Assembly: GCA_032718475.1 (NCBI GenBank)
Contig: JAUCBJ010008022.1
Location: 1-37,071 of the forward strand
Length of the DNA: 37,071 nucleotides
Source: Nemertoderma westbladi
Lineage: Eukaryota > Animalia > Xenacoelomorpha
Direction of reading: 5' to 3'
The translations under genes were made by a program, and so were the position numbers. How positions within the stretch are numbered: the first letter of the stretch is position 1; every line of letters begins with the position of its first letter. Below the pieces are notes generated by a model. It was not told the origin of the DNA and made no database searches. It worked only from the letters and a program-made list of their open reading frames with translations. Shown here piece by piece: positions 25,111 to 36,622 of this stretch.

Positions 25111-27114
25111 TCACAAATCTGTTTCGTTTTCTAGAACATCGTCTGCTAATTCGTTAACGCTATTAATAATATCAGCTAACTCGCTGTTCTCTTCCTCGTC
25201 CGGTAACTCTCTCGGCTTGCATCTTTGTTCTCTGTAAGTTTGCATTAATCCATTCGTTTGGACGGTAACCAGCAGCATATTCCTATCCGCATCCAGATGC
25301 TTGTAACGATCCTCCAGTTTACTCAACTTCTCGAGATGTTCAGCATTAACGTCCTCCATTGCCGTGGCGTGTGTTTCAGCCTGTCGCGACAGCTGTCTGT
25401 CCAACTGCTTCGCATTAACGACAGCCTTGGTCTGATCCTTCCTGACTTCATTAAGAGAGGCTTCCAGTCTCCGAACTGCAGTTCGATGAGTCTCTTTCAG
25501 TTCAGTTAATTTAACTTCCAAAGATTCTTCATGAACCTTATTCAATCTTTCAATATCTTCTCTCAATTCATCAATGGTATCAGTACGATTATTAGTAACA
25601 GTCGTCAACGATTTAATCTCATCAGTAAGTGAATCAATATGATTATTCTTCGAATCAATAAGCTTTGTGAGTTTAGCGCTAACTTCATTTTCCTCACGAA
25701 GTTCTTTATTTAACTCGTCAACGCGATTGTGTAGATGTTCGAAGTCGGTTTTCAGACGATTGGCGAGGTTGTTTCGCTCTGTTGTCACGTTGACGAGCTC
25801 CTCCTGTAGGGCTTTGAGGTTATCAACATCCGTAGAGCCATCAACGGGTTCGCGAATCTGCGACTTTTCGTTGAGTTTGTAGGAAACAACCTGCCTGACG
25901 ACTTTGACTCTCTCGATCGCGAAAGATATCCGACTCGCGTAAGAGTTGAGTTTGTTATAAGCTTTAGAGATATCCGACTCTCTGTCCTCCACAGAACCGA
26001 AAACATCTTCCACACGTTTAGCCATGTCAGCCACGGACTGCGCGGAAGACGACAGCTGAGCATCCAAAGCCACGGACACTGCATTTAGATTGGTAACATC
26101 CTCCTGAAGTTTCCTATTGTCGATATCAACTATAGCTTTCTGTGCGTCGGTGTCTTTAACGAGTTCCTCCAGTTTCATAATATTCCTTCTCTCAGCGCTT
26201 AGCTCTTTATTCTTGACGTCGAGTTTATCGTTCAAAACCTTGACTTCATCGCGAAAACTCAATTGGCTCGACTTTAATTGAACCATCAACGCGAACACTC
26301 TCTCCCTCCACCTCGATAGGACGGAAGCCGTTTTGGAGGCGGGAGGTTCTGAGTTCTCGAGTTCGGATTCCTGGATCCCAACGATCGCGGAGAGCGAAGC
26401 AACTCGTACATTGAGCATCGCGACCGTGTGTATCAACGATTGGTTCTCCTCTTGCAGCTCCAATAAAGATTTCTTCAACGACTCATTATCCCTAAACTCC
26501 CCAATGTAATCACTAAGCTTCTTCACGAGGGCGTCCTTCTCTTTAACCTTATCGTCCAGACACGACATCTCCCCGCTCATATCGTCGACTCTCCTAATAA
26601 GATCCAGTTTATCGTCTTCCAACCGAACAGAAGCGTTCTTTAACTCAACTATCAACGAGGATTGATTCTCGAGGGTCATGTGATACTTCTCGTAAATCGA
26701 CTGATTCGATGCTTTTATTGTCTCCAACTCTTCGCCGCATTCTCTCTTTATACAAACCATCTCATTCTCGTATGACTGCTCTAAAGCTTTCAGTTTGCTA
26801 TCAAAGTCCGATAACATTTCGTCTCTGCTTTCCAAGTTTATTTTTTTGGAGCGATTATTTCCCTCTTTCAGTTTCTCGCAAGTTTGTTTCAGTAATTCGA
26901 TCTGCCTCGCTTTATCGAAGATACATTCATTTAACTGAACGACCAATTTGGCGTGCTCGGTCTCTGCGTCCAAGAGTTTTTGTTTCAGATATAAATTGTC
27001 CTCGGTACCGGTACTGCAATGAGACGAGGACATATTGAACTCAGAAGGGGGAATTAAGTCGGAGGTAGAAGTTGTCACATTGAAGTGACTGGGAGGAACC
27101 AAATTCTGGTACAT
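25111..27114 (-). CDS. CCHCR1: Coiled-coil alpha-helical rod protein 1-like (HCR family), single ORF, nested in DDX3 intron
   Basis: 667-aa uninterrupted coiled-coil ORF with HCR signatures LNVRVASLSAIVGIQESEL, LSRWRERVFALMVQLK, LNEVRKDQTKAVV and DRNMLLVTVQTNGLMQTYREQR. AATAAA signals on the minus strand at about 24922-24949. Confidence 0.88.
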   Translation of the reverse strand: MYQNLVPPSHFNVTTSTSDLIPPSEFNMSSSHCSTGTEDNLYLKQKLLDAETEHAKLVVQLNECIFDKARQIELLKQTCEKLKEGNNRSKKINLESRDEMLSDFDSKLKALEQSYENEMVCIKRECGEELETIKASNQSIYEKYHMTLENQSSLIVELKNASVRLEDDKLDLIRRVDDMSGEMSCLDDKVKEKDALVKKLSDYIGEFRDNESLKKSLLELQEENQSLIHTVAMLNVRVASLSAIVGIQESELENSEPPASKTASVLSRWRERVFALMVQLKSSQLSFRDEVKVLNDKLDVKNKELSAERRNIMKLEELVKDTDAQKAIVDIDNRKLQEDVTNLNAVSVALDAQLSSSAQSVADMAKRVEDVFGSVEDRESDISKAYNKLNSYASRISFAIERVKVVRQVVSYKLNEKSQIREPVDGSTDVDNLKALQEELVNVTTERNNLANRLKTDFEHLHNRVDELNKELREENEVSAKLTKLIDSKNNHIDSLTDEIKSLTTVTNNRTDTIDELREDIERLNKVHEESLEVKLTELKETHRTAVRRLEASLNEVRKDQTKAVVNAKQLDRQLSRQAETHATAMEDVNAEHLEKLSKLEDRYKHLDADRNMLLVTVQTNGLMQTYREQRCKPRELPDEEENSELADIINSVNELADDVLENETDL

Positions 27115-27177
27115 TGTATACCGGTAATAACAGCGGGTATATGAAATATATGAAGATATCTACAGGTAGGCCTAAAG

Positions 27178-27387
27178 GCCCGTTCACATCCAACGGAACG
27201 GTACACCGCTGACTGTGAACGACCCAACCGGTAGTTATGCGCTACACCGCGCGGTTTACCGCAGCCCATTTAAACAATGTTAAAACAATTAATGTATTTT
27301 CCTGTTGAATTCACAGTCTATAGATACCGGTACTGAGATAGACAATCAGTTACCGCAACGGTAGCCTACCGTTGGATGTGAACGGGC
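27178..27387. mobile_element. 210-bp MITE, PIF/Harbinger-like termini
   Basis: Perfect 19-bp TIR GCCCGTTCACATCCAACGG (27178-27196) / CCGTTGGATGTGAACGGGC (27369-27387). TSD not clear, so the superfamily is tentative. Confidence 0.75.
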
Positions 27388-27452
27388 TCCGGCCCTATTG
27401 GCTATTGCATTATTTCTTTCAGTATTTAGCGTAAATTCACGTGTGGCTAAGT

Positions 27453-27875
27453 CACACGAATAGTTCCCAAAAGGCACTTTGGCATTTCCAGGTACCTAAA
27501 TAATTACAACCAGCGTAAATGCCAAAATGCCAGAGTGCTTTTGGGGAACTGTAGTATAAATACTGAAATACTTAAAGAGTTCCCTAAAGGCACTTTGGCA
27601 TTCTGGCATTTAATTGTAAATCATTATTAAAAGTGATGATATTACTACTGTACTACATTATACAGTACGCCAAAGTGTCTGAGTGTGCATAGCATAGTAA
27701 GCATAGTTTTAGTTCCCCATCTCGGTGGGTGTACGATTAAATTATATTAAAGCATACTAAGTCGGCTTGTCACTCTACCTATCTACATAAAATGCCAGTG
27801 CTTTTGGGGAACTGTCTGACTGTAGAATGATTCTAACAGTTCCCCAAAGGCACTTTGGCATTCTGGCATTTAGTT
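27453..27875. repeat. Left arm of a long inverted repeat (27453-27759) plus further subrepeats
   Basis: Motif AGTTCCC..AA.GCACT.TGGCATT.TGGCATTTA alternates in orientation near 27462(+), 27517(-), 27578(+), 27790(-) and 27838(+). Confidence 0.85.
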
Positions 27876-28576
27876 GAAATTCATTATTCGCTGAGATCCG
27901 GGTAGGCCTAAATAACTTTATCCTTTTTTAAGAACACTTTACTGTATAAGTGTAAAGTGTGTTGTGTAGGACCTACAAATGTACTCCATAACATACAATA
28001 ATATTTAATTGATAAAGTATTACTTAGTTATTGTTTGTAGTTCAACATAGTATTAATATTCATTCGCAGTATTGACTGCAGATAGGGGGGGACTTTCAGG
28101 GGAAATTCGACGCAAATAACAGCTGATTACTCTCAAAAATAAAACTGTAGTAATCTGTTCTATTGTGTTTAGTTTATTGTTTTGGTTAGAATAACGTGCC
28201 ACTGTCAGACTGTAACCTGCTCCTGATCCTTTCCCTATAAATTGAGAATTTAACATTGAGGGGGGATATTAATTCGCCAAGATGGGATTTTGCATTCAGA
28301 TCTCCCCCCCCCCCCCCCCCTCTCCCTCTGTCTCATTGACTGAGTCTGTGTCTGATTAGTGCCTCCCCCACATCATGCAGAATACGGTGGATAGCACTAG
28401 CGTCTACCAGCACTGCTAATTAGCTAACCTGCCTTTCCGTTTCCCTTCCCTGACAGCCTGATCCTGACTCTCAAAATCTACCTATATTACATTTCATTTC
28501 ATTGAAATTACTCATACGTGGTGTTAGGGTGCAATTTTGTTTACTTCACGTTCACGTGACGTAATAATAAAGGAAT

Positions 28577-30428
28577 AAACATAATTTAAATGAATGGAGC
28601 GACAATGTATATAATAATACAAATGTAATACCGTATTGACATTTTTATATTATAATCTGGAACGTTTTATAAAAACTTTTTTATAAAAGATTTACATTAA
28701 ATACTACTACTACTAGGATCGGCATGCTGCATTGCAGCTGCATTTTTAAGAATGCTGTGCCGGCTTGTCAACAAAATTGCACCGCCACAACTCCCTATCA
28801 CCCATGACATTTGCTAGATCATCCGCATCTTTAAGGCCAGTGTCCTTTAAGATGCGTCTCAAGAAAGTCATGGGCTGTCCACCATGCTTATTCACTCCAT
28901 GAGGCTGCCAAAGTACAAGATTATGCACTGGCTGGTCCTCACGGCGAAAGCAATGTCCTGCAAAGCGGAGGCGATTTTGTTCTAGTGTCAAGCTTGGGGG
29001 AACCAATGAGACACCTCCAATGTTATATAGTGTCTGGTTAGAGATGTGTGCATTGTACTTGACACAATGAACCCGGCGTAGCATTCTTGTGAATGTGCCA
29101 TCCAGAGATTTGGTGTCCTCAGCAGTTAGAGCCCAGCATGGACTCCCGTAGAGGAGTACTGGAACTACTGCTGCTCTAAATAATCGGACCTTAAGTTTCC
29201 GATTAATTCTCGGTGACTTCCAAATCCTGGAAAGCCTATTCAAGGCTGCCCATGCCTTTCCCTTACGTATTCGAAGGTCCTCACCTGACTTCCGGATCCA
29301 TGATCCCAGGTAACAGAAGTCGTCCACATGCTCAAGCATACCATCCTGCCATCCTTTGAGCTTATGCTCATCCGATCAGAGACTTGCTGAGGACTTTCAA
29401 AGTTAACTGTCAGAATTTTGGTCTTTCTGGAGTTAATAAAAAGACCAACACTAGAAGCAGCATGTTCTAATGAGCTGAGGAGCCGTTGGGCTCCCTCTAA
29501 TGATTCTGAGAGTACTCCTAAGTCATCAGCAAAGTCTAGATCAGTTAGGTACTTGGCAGGATTTCCTCGACTTCTGGAGCCAGTAGGTGGAGTTATCATC
29601 ACCCCATCATCATTATAATGATCTAAGGACATGCGTAGAACATAGTCAACCACAATAATGAACAAGAATGGTGCAAAAAGTGTGTCTCCTTGGAGGACGC
29701 CCCATAACACTTCAAATGGTTCTGTGTCACCGTCAACAGTAGACACAAATGTTGTCGAACCATCGTATACTGATCTGATTGCTGCAATAATTTCATCAGG
29801 AATTCCATATAATGAAAGTATGCTGAACATACGTGAGCGAGAGACTAAATCAAAGGCCTTGAAGAAGTCAACAAAGATAACAGCCAGATGCCTGTCTTTC
29901 TTTTTTGATAACTCTTCAAGTATCCTTCTAAGTGCCAAAATGGGCTCCATGGTCCCACGACCTTTACGGAACCCATTCTGATTTCCACGGAGCAGTCTCT
30001 CAATGGGATCCCTGATGCGATTTAATAGAATCCTATTGTATAGCTTTGCAGCAATCGAGATCAATGAGATTCCCCGAAAAGAACCATAGAGTGTTAGGTT
30101 GCCCTTCTTGGGAACTGGCACCAACTTATTTGTTTTCATTTCTTGTGGGACTCTTGTTGTTCGGTACATGTCTACTATGATGGGATTTACATTAAATAGG
30201 TATGACCTACAAATGCGGGGTAATTCATTTCATTTCATTCATTCATTCATTTCATTAAAAACATAATTTAAATGAATGGAGCGACAATATTATTGTATAT
30301 ATAATAATACAAATGTAATACCGTATTGACAGTTTCATATTATAATCTGGAACGTTTTATAAAAACTTTTTTATAAAAGATTTACATTAAATAGGTATGA
30401 CCTACAAATGCGGGGTAATTCATTTCAT
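28577..30428. repeat. ~165-bp tandem duplication whose first copy is split by the RTE insertion
   Basis: 28577-28703 plus 30199-30235 match 30259-30428 almost exactly. Confidence 0.9.
28704..30183 (-). mobile_element. 5'-truncated RTE-clade LINE (1480 bp) with 15-bp TSD and (TAG)n tail
   Basis: TSD GATTTACATTAAATA at 28689-28703 and 30184-30198; tail CTACTACTACTA on +. RT motifs VPVPKKGNL, FRGISL, FVDFFKAFD, GVLQGDTL(F)APFLF, DLDFADD, then DFCYLGS and RLRFAGHCFR. Frameshift at an 8-nt near-duplication (AGGATGG twice on -) around 29341-29356. Confidence 0.95.
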
Positions 30429-30460
30429 ATTTAAGCATGTTCAATCAAGCTAATACTAGG

Positions 30461-30776
30461 TAGTATGCTAGTTTTAATTTAATTTAATCGTACACCCACC
30501 GAGATGGGGGCTATTGCTATTATGCTATGCACTATTCATGATATACTGTATAATGTAGGCCTAGTAATATCATCAGCATCACTAATTATTTACAATTAAA
30601 TGTCAGAATGCCAAAGTGCCTTTAGGGAACTCTTAAGGATTTATACAACAGTTCCCCAAAAGCACTCTGGCATTTTGGCATTTACGCTGGTTGCAATTAT
30701 TTAGGTAGGGTACCGGTACCGGTACCTGGAAAAAATGCCAAAATGCTATAAGTGCCTTTTGGGAACTATTCGTGTG
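30461..30776. repeat. Right arm of the long inverted repeat (reverse complement of 27453-27759)
   Basis: Collinear reverse-complement blocks, for example CCCCATCTCGGTGGGTGTACGATTAAATT vs AATTTAATCGTACACCCACCGAGATGGGG, and CACACGAATAGTTCCCAAAAGGCACT vs AGTGCCTTTTGGGAACTATTCGTGTG. Confidence 0.9.
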
Positions 30777-31843
30777 TGTAAATTCAAATAAATAATAGGA
30801 AACGGCAAACATAACTTTTCACTGCTTCAAGCTACACCCTACAGCACTACTCTGCTACTACACTACATACATACTAGATACTACCAACTACAGAACTACT
30901 GCACAGTACTATACTATTCACTGTTCAAACCTCAACTCCAACTATTAATAAAAATTAGGTAAAATAATAAAAATTTAGTACCTATTTATTCCAGTAGGCC
31001 CTATTCTGTATTGCATTTAACTGTTTGTAGGCACCCGAAACGTGACTGTCACTGGACAGGTAGGCCTACCAGACCAGTCTGCCAGTGTACCCATAGCCCT
31101 GTGCTGCTGTGCTGTAGCCTTCTATTCAGAAAATTCAGCCGCAATAATTTCAGCGTTTAGGCCTTGTCACGGCCTGTGTATAGAAGGCTATGCAGCTATG
31201 AGTGTAGGTGTACCACACCTTCTGTTAGTCTGTACTCGTACTGTAGGTAAGTACAAAGTATTGCTGAACTAAAAACTGAAGTAACATGTAGTCAACATAA
31301 ATTTTCTGAACCGATAGTTAAATTGTACTGCACTTCACTGTATGCATAGGCATACAGACAGTACAGCGATGAGAAAGGCTGATAGGTATGTCTGCAAGCC
31401 AGGATGCGGTACCAGTAGGCCTAACCAATGAATTGGGGTGTCCAATCAGTAACAAGGTTTGCAAGGGGGGGGGGGGGGGGGGGGGTGGGTAGGGGACTAC
31501 CTGCCAAACACACCCCAATATTGTCAATATAATAAGAATAATGTCATTCAGGAACCACGCTTTATAACGTTGACTTGTGTATACACTATACAATAAATAC
31601 GCACAGTCACTGAATGTATATCTGGCAAGTTTACAAACTCTAGAATTAAACGAATGCATGGAATATCTATATAAAATATTATTACATGTGGCGCGTACTG
31701 TACAATGTTTTTTTACTTACAGTAGAGCAACCCTCACAATAAATCACTGTACTTTGTTTTTTTGATATTACATAAAAATTAAACATAAATAAATAAATAA
31801 CTGCACAGTAAGTAATATTTAAAACAAAACGTCATAAATTATA

Positions 31844-34690
31844 ATGCCTGGGCTATACGACACAGCGTTGAAGTACTTACAATGGGAGAATATTCACATA
31901 AGATTAGCGCACGATTTAGTGGCTTTGGGATTTGAACGTTACGGTCGCACGGTTTACCGCAACCCTTGGGCTTTCATACTCACCATACTTATGCTCAACA
32001 GTTGTCTCGCGTTCGGCTTATTCATCCTCGACCACGAAACCAACAACGAACTTCTATACGACCCAGAACACACCGAAGCGACAGAAAGTCGAGACGAGAT
32101 AGAACTACTGTTCCCTAAACGAACGCAACGTCAGGGGTGGAGTGGACGATCCCCCAAAAACGGCCAATGGCTCGAGATTATCGTGACAGCGAAAAACGCC
32201 ACGGAATCCAACATTCTAACAGCCGCTAACATTAAGGAGTTGTACCTCATACATGGCAAGGAAGTGGGACACGCGATAATAACGGATAAGGGCTACAGAA
32301 TAGAGGATTGCTGCATCCGACTGGAGGAGGGAGCGCCTTGTGTCGTCGACGGCATATTTATAGAACATCTGGACAAAGTATTTAGGGACGAATCAAAAAT
32401 GGATGAGAAAATTAATGAATTCAATTATACCGAATTATTAGAGAATTATCCAATTTTTACTCCATTCAATGGTTCAATATATGTGGAAGAATTGTTACAT
32501 GTTAAACAAACAAGTAGTTCGAACAAGGTAATAAGTGCTGATGCAGCGAGGGTGAGATGGTATCTCAGTGACGGTACTCACACAGAGACAGAAAATGCTA
32601 TGGAAGTGCAGAGGAAGTTTGTGGATCACTTTCGGAAATTCGAATCCGAAATCCTGAATGTTTACTTCACCACCAGCCAAAGTTTAAACATGGAAATGAA
32701 TTTCCGAATGGAAGAAGACAATAAATTTGTGGCAATAGCTTTTACTGTGTGCGTTTTTGTTGTGACAATAGGTTCCAGTGGTGTGAACTGGGTCACAACC
32801 CGGGGATTATTATCATTGGTGGGCATGATGGGCCTAATTGTGGGCTTAACAAGCGCGCTGGGAATGATTATTTTAATCGGGTATAAATACGTGACAACAG
32901 TGACCATAATGATGTTTGTGATCTTGGGAATTGGAATTCATGACATGATGATTTTCATTACGGTTTACCGTCAGAAATGCGTTGCAAATCAAGAAGAAAC
33001 CAGAGGGGTCATGCACCCTGGGCGCGCGGTATCAAAGACATTGCGAGCTGCTGGTGTGGCAATAACAATAACATCAATAGCCAACGTCACAGCATACATG
33101 ATAGGTATCAACAGTAACATACCTGGTATTACAGTACTGTGCAGCTTCGCAGGATCCACTGTGCTGTGGTGCTATGTTGTACAACTCATGTTCTTCGCTA
33201 GTTGCTTAGCTATTCACGCGCAACGCACATACCAGGGAAGGCACTGCCTCTCCTGCACAACTTTGAAATCATGCAAACAACAAGAAATTGAAAACACACC
33301 GCTGTATGCCAGGTTATTTTGTGCTGGTAGCAGTAGCGAAGGAAGCAGTGAATTAGATGGAAAATTCTCTCAATTTTTCTTGTGGTTCGCTAAAAGGGTC
33401 CTATTAACCACACCAGGTAAAAGTGTATCTGTGTTGGTTTATTTTTCCTACTTGGGTATTTCAGCTTATGGAATGTCGGGTCTTCAAGTTGGACTAGATA
33501 TACCAGCCGTGGTAGCCAATGATTCATACTACCTTGTACACAGGAACGTACAACAGGAATTATTCCCTAATCAAAGCCATATAATTCAACTTGTTGTGAA
33601 TAAACCCATCGATTACAAAGATAAAGAGCTTGTCGATGATATTGAACAATTGATACGTAGAATCAAGAAGAGTGAGTTTATCAACTCGGACTACCATATA
33701 TCTTGGCTTTCAGAATGTATAAAGCAACGTAAACTTAAAAATTATAATACAGAACTAAATAACGCATTCATCAGTCAGGTTATTAATCAGTTCCACTACG
33801 AAGATGATGTAAACTTCATTGATGCAAGTGATACTGTCTCATCTTCAAGAATGTTTCTAATATCAAACTTTTTAGCTGATATGAGACAAAGTTCAGCTAT
33901 GATGAGAGAAATACGTGACATACTTAAGGTATCCTCGTTACCTGTGTTCGCACATACAGGAATATTCGTAACATGGGAGCAAGATGAGCAAATCATTCCA
34001 TTGACAATAAAAGTCTTTGTTATTACACTATTGGTTGTCCTAGTTGTTTGTCTAGTACTTTATGGAGAGCCAACATTGTCCGTGCTAACTACATTTTTCA
34101 CGGCATCCATTATGAGTGGTGTACTGGCTATGTTGCCCAGTCTCAACATGGCTCTCAACCTTCCCAATGTTATTTGCCTATTGCTCGCGAGTGGGTATTC
34201 TGTTGACTTCGCAGTGCACTGCTGCTATGCCTACCTTGATGGTTGGGATAAAAATAAAATAGAAAGAACAATTCAATCAATAAAGATGGGAGGTGTGCCT
34301 ACTGTATTGGGGGCAGTATATCTAGCCCTGGGAATGTGTGCAGGCGGCATACCTGCATCATACCTATATAAATCATTCCTTAAAATTATGTTGCTGATAA
34401 TTTTATCAGGTGTAATTCATGCTACGGTTTTTATTCCGGTTCTGCTATCAACGATCGGACCCAAAATGCTATCTAAGATGAAAGCGGTGACCGCAAAAAA
34501 TGATGCCAGTGACCGCAAAGAGAGTAAGGATTACGATGAAATTGAATCCATTGAGATGGACGTAAATGGTGATGAAAGGGGAAGATGGAGTGGCACAAAC
34601 AGTTCTCAAAAGGATGCAAAAGGGGAGTATGATAAAGGAAGTCATAGGTTCATAGTTGGTGGCACAACAACAGACGATAGTAGTACCTAA
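31844..34690 (+). CDS. Patched domain-containing protein (PTCHD3/Ptr-like sterol-sensing RND transporter), single ORF, antisense inside DDX3 intron
   Basis: 948 aa with a 1+5+1+5 hydrophobic segment layout and two large loops. Motifs FERYGRTVYRNPWAF, ILGIGIHDMMI, AGVAITITSIAN and GYSVDFAVH. AATAAA near 34758. Confidence 0.92.
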   Translation: MPGLYDTALKYLQWENIHIRLAHDLVALGFERYGRTVYRNPWAFILTILMLNSCLAFGLFILDHETNNELLYDPEHTEATESRDEIELLFPKRTQRQGWSGRSPKNGQWLEIIVTAKNATESNILTAANIKELYLIHGKEVGHAIITDKGYRIEDCCIRLEEGAPCVVDGIFIEHLDKVFRDESKMDEKINEFNYTELLENYPIFTPFNGSIYVEELLHVKQTSSSNKVISADAARVRWYLSDGTHTETENAMEVQRKFVDHFRKFESEILNVYFTTSQSLNMEMNFRMEEDNKFVAIAFTVCVFVVTIGSSGVNWVTTRGLLSLVGMMGLIVGLTSALGMIILIGYKYVTTVTIMMFVILGIGIHDMMIFITVYRQKCVANQEETRGVMHPGRAVSKTLRAAGVAITITSIANVTAYMIGINSNIPGITVLCSFAGSTVLWCYVVQLMFFASCLAIHAQRTYQGRHCLSCTTLKSCKQQEIENTPLYARLFCAGSSSEGSSELDGKFSQFFLWFAKRVLLTTPGKSVSVLVYFSYLGISAYGMSGLQVGLDIPAVVANDSYYLVHRNVQQELFPNQSHIIQLVVNKPIDYKDKELVDDIEQLIRRIKKSEFINSDYHISWLSECIKQRKLKNYNTELNNAFISQVINQFHYEDDVNFIDASDTVSSSRMFLISNFLADMRQSSAMMREIRDILKVSSLPVFAHTGIFVTWEQDEQIIPLTIKVFVITLLVVLVVCLVLYGEPTLSVLTTFFTASIMSGVLAMLPSLNMALNLPNVICLLLASGYSVDFAVHCCYAYLDGWDKNKIERTIQSIKMGGVPTVLGAVYLALGMCAGGIPASYLYKSFLKIMLLIILSGVIHATVFIPVLLSTIGPKMLSKMKAVTAKNDASDRKESKDYDEIESIEMDVNGDERGRWSGTNSSQKDAKGEYDKGSHRFIVGGTTTDDSST

Positions 34691-35194
34691 TTATACTGTA
34701 AATATATTTGTACCGGTCCTAAAACATTCTGTACTACAAGTTTTTATGGCTCGCTAAAATAAATTTATTTGCGGTATATAGGCCTAGAGGTTTTTTGGAT
34801 AGTGATCACGATTATAGAACTCAAATATAACATTCGAGAAAATTTCTGGTAATTTAGAATGCGCCCCTTGGGGCACGAAAAAAACAAGTAGTGCAAATGT
34901 GATAATTAAAAATCACCACCAAATCAACCTAATTGTATGGCCTTATGGGTTTTCTTGGTAGCTGAATTAGTATATGACACTCAATAATTTTATCAATAAT
35001 AAACCAGTATAGCTTCAAAATTACTAAACGAAATGCAAAATTTTAACATTTTGCTATAAAGTTTGTAATTTTCATCGTGGGGTATCAAAATGATGATTCT
35101 ATCATACCAGGAATATTTTTCACTAGAATAATCATGATGAGTGACCTCGAAAACCCGTATACCTTCAGCAGTTCCTAGCCGTTTTACTGCTGTT

Positions 35195-35272
35195 CCCTTT
35201 CTGGGGCTCGATCTCACGACCTTCCGGTTGGAACACTGACGATCTAACCAACAACATGACAATCGGAACTAT
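35195..35272 (-). mobile_element. tRNA-derived SINE head or tRNA pseudogene
   Basis: Minus strand TGGTTAGA (A-box-like) ... GGTCGTGAGATCGAGCCCC (B-box-like). No convincing acceptor stem. Confidence 0.4.
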
Positions 35273-35449
35273 TGCACCTTAGTGGAGGCTGATCATGTGA
35301 ATAATAAATATTTATTACATGGAAAACAAATAATTATTAAAATACTGAAAACAATTGGAATACAGTCTACATTAGAGATGGGAGTAATCGAAAAGTCCGT
35401 TATACATACATAATATGTAGATAGTACCTCTAGCTTACTTTTGTTAAGA

Positions 35450-35669
35450 AGAAAAGGTCTTACGTACATATTTTTTCAATTTTTTCCAAAATTCACCTTG
35501 AAAAATTAGGAAATAGTAGTCTTCTCAGGCATCAAAAATGCTATAAGTACATCTATGTAGTTGCATGCAAAAATTCAAAATAGCAATATCAACTGTTCTG
35601 ACTAGGTAGAAAAATGCGCGAAAGTGTCTATATCTCCGAATGACTATTTTGCAACATAAGACCTTTTCT
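35450..35669. mobile_element. Possible ~220-bp MITE
   Basis: AGAAAAGGTCTTACGT (35450-35465) vs ACATAAGACCTTTTCT (35654-35669), 15 of 16 inverted match. Confidence 0.4.
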
Positions 35670-36175
35670 CAATGAGCCCTTCAATTGTTAGACAAAAAAA
35701 TTGCAAAGAATACTGAACATAAATAATGAATGGGGAACGCAGTGTTTCAAATATTTATAGTATTCTAGAATAATGTGTTCTAAATTAATAGCAGGATGTA
35801 GATCGCAGAAGCACAAACACCAACTTGCTTCCGTCCACATCCTCATAAGGACCAAAAATTGAATTAGCTATATTTTGAAACTCGTAAATATTATTAACTA
35901 TTCGCGATATTTTCAAGTTCGTCGATATTCTCTATCAATACTAAAAATATTGGGGGTAAACCAATTGGGGGTAAAAAAAAATATATTGACAAAAAAAGGA
36001 AAATAAATTTTTTTACCCCCAATGACTATACTAACTAAACTAACCCTTTAAGATATTATATTAAATACTACAATTTAAGACAGTAGGGGGGGGGGGGGGG
36101 GGGGGGGGGGGTTCTTTCAACCATGCTACTCAACTACATTAACTCAACGGTAACGTACTCACTCACCTACAACAG

Positions 36176-36622
<447 letters not shown>

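Noticed and set aside
25258-33996. Short ORFs overlapping CCHCR1, the RTE and the Patched-domain gene
   Set aside because: Alternate-frame or antisense shadows of longer genuine ORFs.
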